Shown in pieces: positions 37,301 to 49,300 of a stretch of DNA of 64,000 nucleotides. The notes below the pieces were generated by a model that saw nothing but the letters and a program-made list of their open reading frames with translations, ran no database searches and was not told where the DNA came from. The first letter of the stretch is position 1. Every line of letters starts with the position of its first letter. Source of the stretch: Bispira polyomma (taxonomy: Eukaryota); the NCBI GenBank assembly GCA_965649765.1, contig OZ287756.1, positions 64,790,001-64,854,000 on the forward strand. The letters run 5' to 3'. The translations under genes and the position numbers were made by a program.

Positions 37301-40300
37301 CTGCAGTTTTTCTTTCTGCCAACAATGGTATAGTTCTGATTCAGCATATCATACAAAGAACCATATACACTTTCAAGATCCTTCAAAATTAATACAACAC
37401 CTTGTTCCATGCACAGGATAATTTTACTGATTATCCGATAGTTGTATTCTTCGTTCATGTCTTCTTCGAATTTGCTGCCGTATATAATCTCACAATGTCT
37501 TCCACTTGACCTCAGGATTTCTGAAATTAAACCGAGTGAAGAGTCACCACTAGTGATGATCATTAAGTGGCGACTGCTACTGTCAGCCAGATTTTCTTCA
37601 ATGAGATTCTTTACAACTGCACCATGGAAATGTTTTATACCTGGTCTTTTAGAATTTCTTTCAAAAGACCTGGCAAATGCCCCAGTGTCATTGCACAAAC
37701 CTCCAAAATTTCGGCTGATTCCTGTCATAATTAAGGAGGAAATTTCCTTGTGGTGAGCAACTGTGCTTGTTGAATCATATCTTGGACATAAGAATTTAAC
37801 AAGAGAGTAAAAATCTCTCAAACCATGAAAGTTTTTCATTGGTTGTGTATCATGATAATGAAAATATGTCACTGCCAGCGTTTTGAGAACATCATTTGGT
37901 ACTCTGTTTTGAAAACCATCTCTTATGGCCATTCCTGTATCATAAAGCTCATCAGCTGTGAGATCTGGCCTTGACAAATGCACAGCCCGATTCATTTTGG
38001 CAGAATCTAAAGCCCAATTAGAAATACCCACAACTGCAACATCAGGGAAATCCCCTGCATCTGGTTCAAGCAAGGTATGGAGAACTTTAAGAGGATTGAA
38101 CTTGGAAATTTCAGCCAAGCCAACTTCATCAAGCAGAACCACTGGCAAAATGTTTTCAGTTCTCTTGTGCCTTTTGTAATTATTGGCTTTTTCAAACACT
38201 TTTTGGATGCCTTCTGAAGTAGATGATTCAGAGCCCTGGTATGATACTATGTATAATTCTGGTAAAGTCTGAAGAAATTTGTCAACAGAATCTGGTCCAC
38301 GGAGACTGCTTTTTAACACTTGTACTGACAATGATTTGCTACAACCAGGTTTCCCTACAAGGAAAATAGGAATCCTATTCAACATACATGTCAAAATCAC
38401 AAACACATTTTCTCTTAATGCAGTATTCTTTGCTGTTCCATGTGGTAGTATCATTCGATTTAGGATATTCATTTGTTCCCATCGGACAAATTCTGTAACT
38501 GTATCTACTGTTTCAGACATCTCTGCAGTAACAGTTTTCCAATAATCTTTCCTCATAGTAGTTTTAGGCATTCTTACCTCATATGATAGTGAAAGAGACA
38601 GTATCAAGGCACGTATATGGCAAGACATAGCTGTAAATTTGAAGGGCAAAGACTGGTTCTTATGCCTAAAGATGTGTTTATCTTTATTTGTTAAGAATTT
38701 CAGAAACCATTCTATCAGAGTTTTACATCTATAGACATCCCTTAGACTCACAGCTGACATACTTATCTCTGTTTTTCTAACAAACTTCTGTGAGGCCATG
38801 AGGATGTCGGCTATTTTAGGCAACTCTCCTTCCAAATCGCCAACCATTCTCTTTATATACATCAGTTCATCTGTCTCATGAAGTGTTCCATAATCCCATA
38901 CAAAGTCGATCATTGTTTCTGGCAGTGGATGCACCCTGTATACTAGCTGTGAAAACTCATCTGTTCTGGCTTTTTCAGTCAAACCACAGGATAGAATTTC
39001 ATGCTCTTCTCTTAGTCGGTAAGGATTACAAGCTGCTAATGTCACCAAGTTGGGGGACAATTTTTTGCCTCCACAAGAATGACTGGTAATGATTTCATTC
39101 AAGAGGCCAAGATGATTGCATGTATTTATTTCATCCAAAAACAACCAGTGCTGTTGGTCTAAGTTTTCCATTGCAATGGTATTACAGGTTACTACCTTTT
39201 CGAGTATCACATCTTCAGTAATCCCCGCATGAAACTGTAAGTCATAAAACTTAGCATCACATGTCTTTGCCAAGTATTTCACCAGTGTTGTTTTTCCACA
39301 ACCAGTCTCACCCATCAGCACAACAGGTACACCATTCTTAATTCTAAGAATAATCAGTACCATTTTTAATAAATTGTCTGGTGTCAATGCGTATGTGTCA
39401 CATAGATGTCCCAATCGTTTCTTGACATTTGAATCTTTTTTATCACAAACTAGTCTTTCAAGGCGATTTTTAAGGTCATCCTGGGGCAATGTTGTTAAGT
39501 CTGGTAGTGGCTTTTTCAACTGGTCTTGAAATAGTTGCCGAATATCTTCAGGGACATCAGATACATTTCTGTATAGAGCTGATACAGTGGCACTGTCTTG
39601 AAGGTGAAACAGCAACAATAAATGATTTGATGAATTCCATTGTATCATTCCCTTGACCCGGTTTACCATTTCATCAACTTCTGAGCTTTTTGTACCTCGA
39701 ACTGCAGATACACTTTGATGTTGTGATGATTTGCAAGCTGCAATTGATCTACATGAGAATTCCTTTGACATTGCAATCAGTTGTGTGACTATTAATTCTC
39801 TTACTGAATGTGCTTTTTTCTGGTCTCCAAGCATTAAGCAAAGACAATTTATTTTGAAATATTGGCTAACGGTGAGTTTTCTCAACTGATCTGCAAGAGC
39901 CTCCAAGAAAGTGTTTACAATGCTGAAAGACAAATCTGTGTCACCTTCAAATGTTTTCCTCAGTAACATTTGACATCTGTTTGATTCTATTGGTGCTGTA
40001 ATTTCAGATATGGAAACATCCTCCTTTCCAAAGCCATCTTCTTGTTTCAGTCTCAGATACTGGCAAACTACTTGGACTGCACTATATTGTTCCATACTAA
40101 CCACAAAATCGGTAAAGTTTGTCCATTTCAAGTGAATGGTTTGAAAGCATGATGCAATATACAAGGCATTCTGAAGGTAGTTATTCAGTGTGTTACAAAT
40201 TTCAATAGCTACATGGTCTGTCTTGAGTTCAAAGTAATGTGTTTCACACAGCGCAAATTTCATAACAAGTACTTCAAAAAGTAAATGGTCTAAAACTTGG

Positions 40301-43300
40301 CAATCATCAAGGTGTCCTATGTCTAAGTGTAAAACAACATCTTTGGAGACATCTGCCATCTGAAGTTGCTTCAACAAACTTTTCTTAGTTTGTAACCCAC
40401 TGACAGGAACAGTAACAATGCCTTTCTTTGCTTGTGCAGCAATGTCGTGTATCTTTTCTGTTTTGCCCAATCCAGGCAAATCTGATGTGACCATATATAC
40501 CAAAGGGCATGCCAACTGCAAGCATTCTTCAAGCTTCTGGGCTGATAGACCTGGAATTTTGTGAACCTTATCCCTAAATGAGTCTAAGAAAGGATGATGA
40601 ACATCTGACCTGCAGATAAAAGCTAACAAAAAATCTGTGGTACTAGTGCTTAACATTTTCATCTCTTTCATCAAAGAAAAAAGAACATCATATTCAAGCA
40701 TCTCAATTCCAATTATGCAATGTAGACTTCTGTCCCTGTGATATCCATAATGGGATCTGTTCAGCAGGATCATGCATTCCTCAAATGTTGTTTGCTCATT
40801 ACAAAACAGCAGATGAGCAGGCAAAGGAAACAAACCAGTGGTGTTTGCATACATTGATAATACTACTGGCATAACATGTGGATTTTTGGAATCAATGTGT
40901 GCAATAAACATATTTCCTACTTCTACTCTGGAATCTATGCTGTTGTCGCCTTTAAGAAAAACGTTCTGTTCATCTGCCAAACTTCCAACCATTACAGCTA
41001 ATTGTGTCCCTAAATAATGCAATTTCATATCCACACAGACATCACCATCATCTTTGAGTGGTTCAATTTCAGTGCAATTAATGTTTTTTGCACTAAGCCT
41101 CATATATCTCAGTATACCAAGAGCTTCTTTGTTAACACGACCTTGACTATTAAAATACTGGAAGACAATTGATAACTGTTTACCATGCAAAAAGTTCAGA
41201 TAATAGTGTTTTGATCGCTGATAAGCTAATGCCTGTTCCCATTCCTGAAGCTTGCCTTGCAATTTTTCTTTCCAGTTGGCTAAATGATCTATTTTCTCTG
41301 TGATAGTTGGTTTTGTAACCTCACAATCCAAAACATCAAAGTCAAAATGACCTGCTCTGCTAAGTTCCTGCAACACAAGATCAATTTCATTGACCAAATC
41401 AACAAATTCCACAAAATTTACAAGGTTTCCAGTTTTATTTTTTTCATCTGGTTTAACTTTTTCTGTATTGCTAATAAGCAAAGCACGACTTCTCAAGTCA
41501 GACATGTCAGACAACTGATAAACTTTTTCTTTGCCTTCCGAACATTTTACTGATGTTGTAACAGTATCATTATGCAAACTAAAAACTACAATTCCATCCT
41601 TCAATATACGTCCGACAGTATGCTTTGTTACTTCTCCCCTGTTTGCTACATTCATGTACAGAGCCTTTAAGCTGTTACAATTGTGTGCACAATTGTTAAT
41701 TCTCTGTGGAGCCTGTGTTTCTTTAGTGCTGAAACATTTGTTCAAGTGACGCATAAGCTCAGACAAACTTAGACTTTTATTCTTGGTACATTCTCTTAAA
41801 ACTGGATGAAGCATGTTCTTTAGTTGAATGAAATCTGATACAATACCTTCCTGCAACAGTTCATCAGAGTGTTCTTCTACTGCATCAATTAGATTGCGCA
41901 GATCTTCATCCTGAACACTAATGAGAAACTCTATCAAGCCTTGACTTGTGGACAATTCTGCAATTACCTCCCACTGATACTCTGTTTGTATCTGCTTTGT
42001 TTGCTCTAAAAATGATTTACTGTTCCTGTAAAGTGTTTCAGTTTGTAACAAATGTGTGTTCTGTTTCATTTCAAGCATGCTCTTTACAGCTTTTAGTACT
42101 GGTTTTGTGTCATCAGAATCTAACATAAACACAGTGGGCAGCTTTACTAAATATTCTGCTTTGTCTGTGTTATAATCAAAATCAGCAATATTCCCAAGCA
42201 CAACACTAAACATCTCTGGGATATTTTGATGGAGAACTCGCTCAACCTCTTTTACTTCTGCCATGATGTCACATTCTTTGAAGAAGTTTTCAAGATCAGC
42301 AACCAAAACAGATTCCTTCCGCATAAGCAGTGCCATTGCTTTCTCATGGTAGCTTGGAAGTAACTGTTTACTGACATAATCTACAACATCATTTGCATTT
42401 GCATATTCTGTTGAATCTATAACTTCAAAATGCACAACCAATGAATCATCAGAACCTTCATGTAATTCATGCCTGGCTTCTGATGCTCTTTTATCTTCCT
42501 TTGGAGCTGAATAATCTGTTGTATCCTTATCTTTAGAACGTTCACTCATTGAATCACGAGAATGTTCTGGTGACATTTTGTCATCTTTGATATCTGTTTC
42601 TTCAATAGCTAAATCTGCAAATTCTGTCGATCCAAAACTATCAGATTCATCTGTTCCAAGTTCAGACCTAGCACTGTGAACGGCGACCACAAAGGGATCA
42701 AAAGTGTCAAGAATATGATTTTTAAAAGACTGCATAGATGATACTACATGCAGCTCTAAACAAGAAGATAGATGCCACACCTCTTCCCAATCTTGATGCT
42801 CAAGAACATCAATTATGGTGATTTTGCTATTGGAAACATCACAGATAAACTCTTCCAACTGACATTCTCTAGCAGACAAATTCACTATTCTACATTTATT
42901 TTGGGAAATGAATTGAAGCATCTTGTTGGCTTTTTGTAAGGACTCTAAACAACTATCTAATTCACCAAGTGATTGCTCCAATCTCTTCACCAAATGTGGA
43001 TAATCATGTTCAATAGAATTTTCAAGGACAACATTCAGAAATGACACACAGTTCTTTTCACCTGTTGTTTTTAGGAGGTCAAACAGCCATTTAGCATACA
43101 TTGGGCACATATGTTGATTCTCCAAAACCTTATACAAATTTGTCAAAAGAGTTCTCAGATGTTTACTTGTACGATGAGATGTTACCTTTCCAGCTTCAGG
43201 CCCTTTACATGTCATTATTCTAAACCAAAACTTCCAGTTTTGAAAAATAGCACTGATTCCTTTCATATCGTCATCACCTACTCCAAATGCTGGGTGTTTT

Positions 43301-46300
43301 GATAACAATTCATCCATGAACATATCATATGTAGCCCTAAAAGAACAACATAGTTACACATTAACGAATTACTCCTTATAAAGAACACAATATTCTAACT
43401 AGAGTACTGCTTTGCAAATGAAAAGAAATTGTTTTTGCACAGCAAAAACAAAGCGTCTCAATAAGACATTGAGCAATTTTCTGCATATACCCTTCGAGCC
43501 CTTTAAATTTTGGGTAAGTTGCTGAGTATACTGAGTATACCCTCCGAGCCCAAAAAATTTTAATTTTCTAATTTTTTAAAAATTTAAAATTTTTGAAAAA
43601 TGTTTAAATTTTGAAAAATGTTAAATTTTTGGGCAAGTTGCTAAGTATACTGAATACACCCTTTGGGCCAAAAATTCAGCCAAAATCGCTCTATTTCGCA
43701 CCGTTTCAGAGTTATTAAGAATTTTTATATATTTTGTTGAGATATTAAGGATTTTTGCAAAATTTTGACTTTTTTAAAAAAATTTAAATTTTTTTAACAA
43801 TTTTGAAAATTTTGACTTTTTCACTTTTTAAAAATTTTTTAAAAGTTTTGCATTTTAAAAAAAATTTAAATTTTTGAAAAAAATTTAAATTTTTGGGCAA
43901 GTTGCTGAGTACTGAGTATACTGAGTATGCGCTCTGGGCCCAAAATTCAGCCGAAATTGCTCGCACTGTTTCCGAGATATTAATAATTTTTCATTTTCTT
44001 CGTTTTGAAAAATTCTAACGTTTAATTAATCGTTAATAAGTCGGCTATTTTGTATCTGATCGCTTCCCAAAGTTATCTACTGCCGGACATCTATATAAGA
44101 AACCTACTTGCCAAATTTCATGAGAATAGGTAAAGCGCTTTTTAAGTTATCATCCGGACAAGCACACCCCTTTAAAAAACGTGTTTTTGGTCATGTGACT
44201 TGATAGGTCGAAATGTGATGGCACTATATTGAAATTTTTTTACCAGGGCTACTGCATACATGTACAAAATTTGAAGAAGATCCAACCAGTGGTTGCTGAA
44301 CTATAGCAATTAGAAAATACGGGAGCCGGCAGAGCAGGCAGAGCCGGCGGCCCTTTCCGCGTGAATCTTCAGCTGTATACAATAAAAGGGAAATTTTTTG
44401 TCACGCCTTATCAATTGGCTATAACTCAGCAACCACTGGGTGGATTCTCTTCAAATTTGGCATATGTATGCAGTAGCTCTTGGGCAAATTTTCAAAATAG
44501 TGTCATCACATTTCGACCAATCAGAGAAGTCGCATGACCAAGAACGCGTAAATTTTACTCCTATATACAAACAAGCGCCCTTACGGGACGCTTAATAAAG
44601 AACCAAAGTAAGACACAAACAGTACAAACATAAGCACATATATCATGAGTTTTCTAACACTTTCGCTTTAACTGCTATCATATCGTTTTGCACAGAGACC
44701 TAAGTCAACATATTTCTTTCAAATTATATTTCACTAAAACTGAGTACAAAATGTTGTACTGACAATAAAAACTTATTATGTTTTTACCAATTGAGAATTT
44801 AAATACATGTAGTTAAAACATGTTTCACGATCTCATTTTAAAGTAATTGATTTTATTTAAGGAGTTTTTATTAAATGTGGCATGTCCATATAAAATTAAT
44901 GAATTCACCCAAAAAATAAATCAACTATGCATCGACAATCCATTCTTCATTAAGAGCATTTTAAAAACTATATATGCTAATAATCAATGATGCATCTATT
45001 TTACATAGAGTATACAGCATACCCAAATTTCATGCAGGCAGACTCACAAGAAAGGTGTATAAAAATGGGGGGATAAAAAAAGTGCTATGCACATTGGATT
45101 GTAGCTATTGAAGGCACTACATTATAAGTGTAGTAATATATTAAAATATCAGGTAGTTTCATAATAATTATGTTGGATTGGCTTAATGAAAAGTTATCTT
45201 CAAATAAAAGTACAGAAGTACCAAAGACCAAGTAGGAGATGTGTTGCTGATACATATCATTTAAATTTTTCAAATAGAAGGGCACAAATACATATTGAGA
45301 GGAATGTCCAAATTCAGAACATTCAGAGATATTTTGAAGACAACATATTGCCCAAATATGGTGTGTTGGGTACTACTACTGATTTGCCCTCAACTTTCCC
45401 TGTTCTCTAACACTCACAAAATGATGATTTTGCATGTACCTAAAATCAACATATTGAAAAATGTAAAGTCACTAGGAAAAGGTTTTTTGGCCCGATTGAT
45501 CTGTAAATCTACTGACGTCTGGATATTATCATACATAAGGTCCATACTAAATCTTATTGAGGTAAGAAGAATACTATCACAAAAAAGTTAGTAACAAGCA
45601 GGTGTAACATAAAAAATTGTTTTTGATACAATGGTGAAAAGTAAAAAAGTTACAAGTCAAACATTCCCGCGTCTATAGAAGAGACCTGCAAAAAATCTTA
45701 ATGATAGCAATTATAACAAGACCTAGCGCAACCGATGGATATTTGTATCCACTGGGAACATAAAGCACCCTAGGTAGGAAGCACTATAGCTAGCACCCAA
45801 GTTAGCAGCCTATTATATGCTGCAGGGCATTTTTTTACAGAAGTGTTAGGGCCAAAATGGCACAAGTGGCTTTGACATTGCAAACTTGTGGGAGCAGTAA
45901 TAAGTGTGAGATAGGTGCTTTTAAGTTCAGCCATCCCTGTTTGACCTTAAAGGAGAGGCCAAAGGCCAAATTTGAACACAGCAAAAGATTCCCACCCCAT
46001 GATTTCCTATAGCCTTCTTTTACACCCTAAACCTGTTTGACCAAAAATAAGCACGATATAGGCACTTTTAAGTTTGGCCATCCGTGTTTGATCTTGAAGG
46101 AGAGGGCCAAGGTCAAATGTGAGCACATCAAAAGATTCCCTACTCATGATTTCCTATAGGTTGGTTCCAGATCCCAAACTTCTGGGACCAATAATAAGCG
46201 AGATATAGGCACTTTTAAATTTGGCCAAAATCAGTCACTTAGTGTACTTTGGCACTTTGTCGATGACCTTGAATGAAGTGATTCAAGGTTAAATGTCTGC

Positions 46301-49300
46301 ATGCTTAAACAGGACATATATATGCGTTAAACATATCACCCATAAAGAGATTCAACCTTCTTCAGCAGAGAAACAGACAAAGTTGGTCAATACAAAAAGC
46401 ATGATTATTTTTAAAGAAACGCCTGTGGCGGCCATCTTTATTTTCAAAATGAGGCCAAAATTACTCACAGGCAAGCTTTTCTAAAAAAAAGCATTTCCTG
46501 TAAATTTGGGGAGCCTTGTAAAAGTTTTCTCATGACAGTGGTAATGGCAAAATCCAAAATCCAATGTATCCAGCGGAGTTTTCCGGTGGATACAATAAGG
46601 GAGATTTTTAAAGGAGACCATAATGCGGCGGCGGCAGCAACAAAACCATGGGTGAATCCTAAAAAGTGCCATTTTCAAGGGATGCTTAATTATGAACCTA
46701 CATTTTGTCCAGGTGGATAGGCCCTGGTCCAAAAACCTCCTCTAAAATCTTTTCATTATCCCTTTCCCAATCAAAGTTTTGTCGGTGAAGCAACAGTCTA
46801 GCCTTGCACTGTCTTTCAAAGACATCTCTTGACGTTTTACTGAGACCCATTGCATTTTCCCATGCCTCCATAAGAACTTCTACTTTTATTTTGCAAACAT
46901 CAGAGTACACAGAGTCTTCTAAAATTTTAATTAGTGCAGCATCTTTGGCCACACATTCCAGTTCTAAGATATATCCAAGAGCTACATAGAGATCCAACAC
47001 TTGCTCAAACGCTTTGCTTCTATGTTGCTTTAAAAATGATTTCCCCTGATTCAGCCAATGCAAACATATGTGGTGGTCCTCGGCTTCCAGTGAAGTGTAT
47101 GCCTTTTGTACATACACTACAAACAGTGAGTGTAGCTGTGGACACTTTGATTCTGCTAAAATTTTCATCAACTCTCTGGAGTTGTTTTTGCTAAATGTAA
47201 GATCAGATAAAATGTTCTGAGAAAGCATGTTTACTTCGTCTTCACTCCAGTACCTTGAACTAAATTTTACAATCTCAATTATTTTATCTTCGATAGGAAT
47301 CTGCACTTTGAGTAACAGATCCTTCCCAGCATGTGTAGTTAATTTCTGAACAATCTCTGCAATCATCCTCAGAGATTGCCTCTGATAGGAAGCAGCATCA
47401 ACTATTTCTTTTGTTACTTTAGCAATAACTTCCTTCTTTACACAATCTTGAATTTCTTGACATAATTCCTTCTGAATCATCTTTGACTTGGCTATTGTTT
47501 TTACTGTTTCTAATATTTTTTCAAAACTTGAGGCTTTCCTGACTACTAACAAGAATGGCTGAATCGCTTCTCTGCCATATTGCTCGACACAACTCGCTAC
47601 TTTTGCAAGACACTGGTCCAACCCAGTTTCTTCTTTGCCCCTTTCATATTTAACCATTTCAACCACACATTCACTCGTTAGGAATGGAAAACAAAAATAA
47701 ACCACCTCAAAGGTCGTCATGTGCTTTTGAAAGGCCCTGTCAAACAAGTGTCTACATAGACTACCAAGTAACATAAAATCTGTTTTGCTGGGAAAAATGT
47801 CAAAGCATGACTTGTATACCACATCTAAGCACCTTTTAGCAACAGCTTTAGAGATATCCAATGTGATACTACTCTTTTTGAAACAAGAAGAAAGTGTATG
47901 CAGCAAGCACAATAATTGAGCATCATGACTTTCATGTAATAGATCCAGTAACTTTCGGAGAACTCTAAACTTCTTTTCTCTGTTAAGACTGTGAGACTCA
48001 ATCAGGCATGCAACAACATGTTGATCTTGCAAAATCATTATATTATCTTTCAGATTTTCATTTGAAGTCATTTTGCTGACTATTTCAACAATAATTCCAC
48101 AGCCGTCATAAGTGTCGTCTTGTATATCTTTATGAGCTGTCACTGAAGGGTCAGTAAATATATGATAAAAGTTATTCATAAGAGGCAAAGGTTTGTACCA
48201 TTTTTCTTCGACATCTTTCGAACCACGTATTGAACTAAACAATTGGTATTTGGTGATACCAAAACGACACCTATAATTGGCACAATCTGACACCAAAACA
48301 GGTAGATTTGTTTTCCACACACATTCATGGATATCTGATCTCTTGAGATTACATGACTGTTCTTCAGTGTTGTCCTCATTAACTGTTACCCATGCCTCAG
48401 TTGCGTTTACATGATGAGGAATGACTAAATGTATAGTCATGCTTATTTTCTAGAAATAAAAATACATATCTCAATGTTTATTAAATTAAAACATTTCATA
48501 ACATATGTCATGATAAATATGATACAGTATAATGATGCTTTGATCAAACAGCAAAATGATTATAGAACTAGAAATATGTATCACAAACAGAAATGCCCCT
48601 GGCATCACTGCTAAGCATATGTGATTAACATCGCAGTCATTTACTGTTATGCTATTTGTAAAAGGTAATACATGAAAATAATACAGGAAGATATTGTACA
48701 ACATAATATATTATTACTTATACCATGGATCTGATACTAGTTAATTCTATTAACCCATTAATTAATACAATATTCTTTGTATATAAATATTGATGAGTGA
48801 ATCTCACATTCCTCCATCCTGGAGTTCAAGATGGTTGCCAAAATCATAAAATTTGTGAAAAGTTACAATCACTCTATCACGCACCGTTTACGAAATAGCT
48901 GGTCAAATAAGGTCAAATCGCTCTATCTTGCATCGAATGGCTCTATCTTGCACCGTTATGAGATAGTGGACATTTCCAGAAAATAAGCAAAAATTCAAGA
49001 TGGCCATCATTGTCGTAAAATTTGTGAAAAATTGTCATAGACCCTGAACAAGATACCCTGTTGACCAAGAATGAAGTCAAAATCACTCTGCATTTATGAG
49101 ATTGCTGACATTTCCGAAAAAGACAGAAATTCAAGCTGGCTGTCAAAATAGTAACACTTGTAAAAAGTTGTCAGATCCAAACAAGAGGAGAATGGACTGG
49201 CGGCCATATCATGACAATGCCACTACAAAGCAAGTTACTGACGAGTCTGGAAATAGTGAACCAGTCATTACTCAGCGATCGAAATGGATTTGAGAACCAT

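Noticed and set aside
33083-43302. Short plus-strand ORFs inside the giant exon and antisense ORFs over the GPCR and copia
   Set aside because: Shadow ORFs of real coding sequence with no motifs of their own.
31861-43323. Dynein heavy chain or midasin
   Set aside because: Motif spacing and the signatures DEVGLAE..NPLKVLH and ISNWALD are those of RNF213; there is no dynein stalk or MIDAS domain.
45085-45591. Extra exon in the 43337..46701 intron
   Set aside because: No convincing splice pair or homology, and the flanking exons already join in frame.
46698-48440. 580-aa ORF as a separate gene
   Set aside because: It is bounded by splice sites whose phase matches the next exon, so it is part of the RNF213-like gene.
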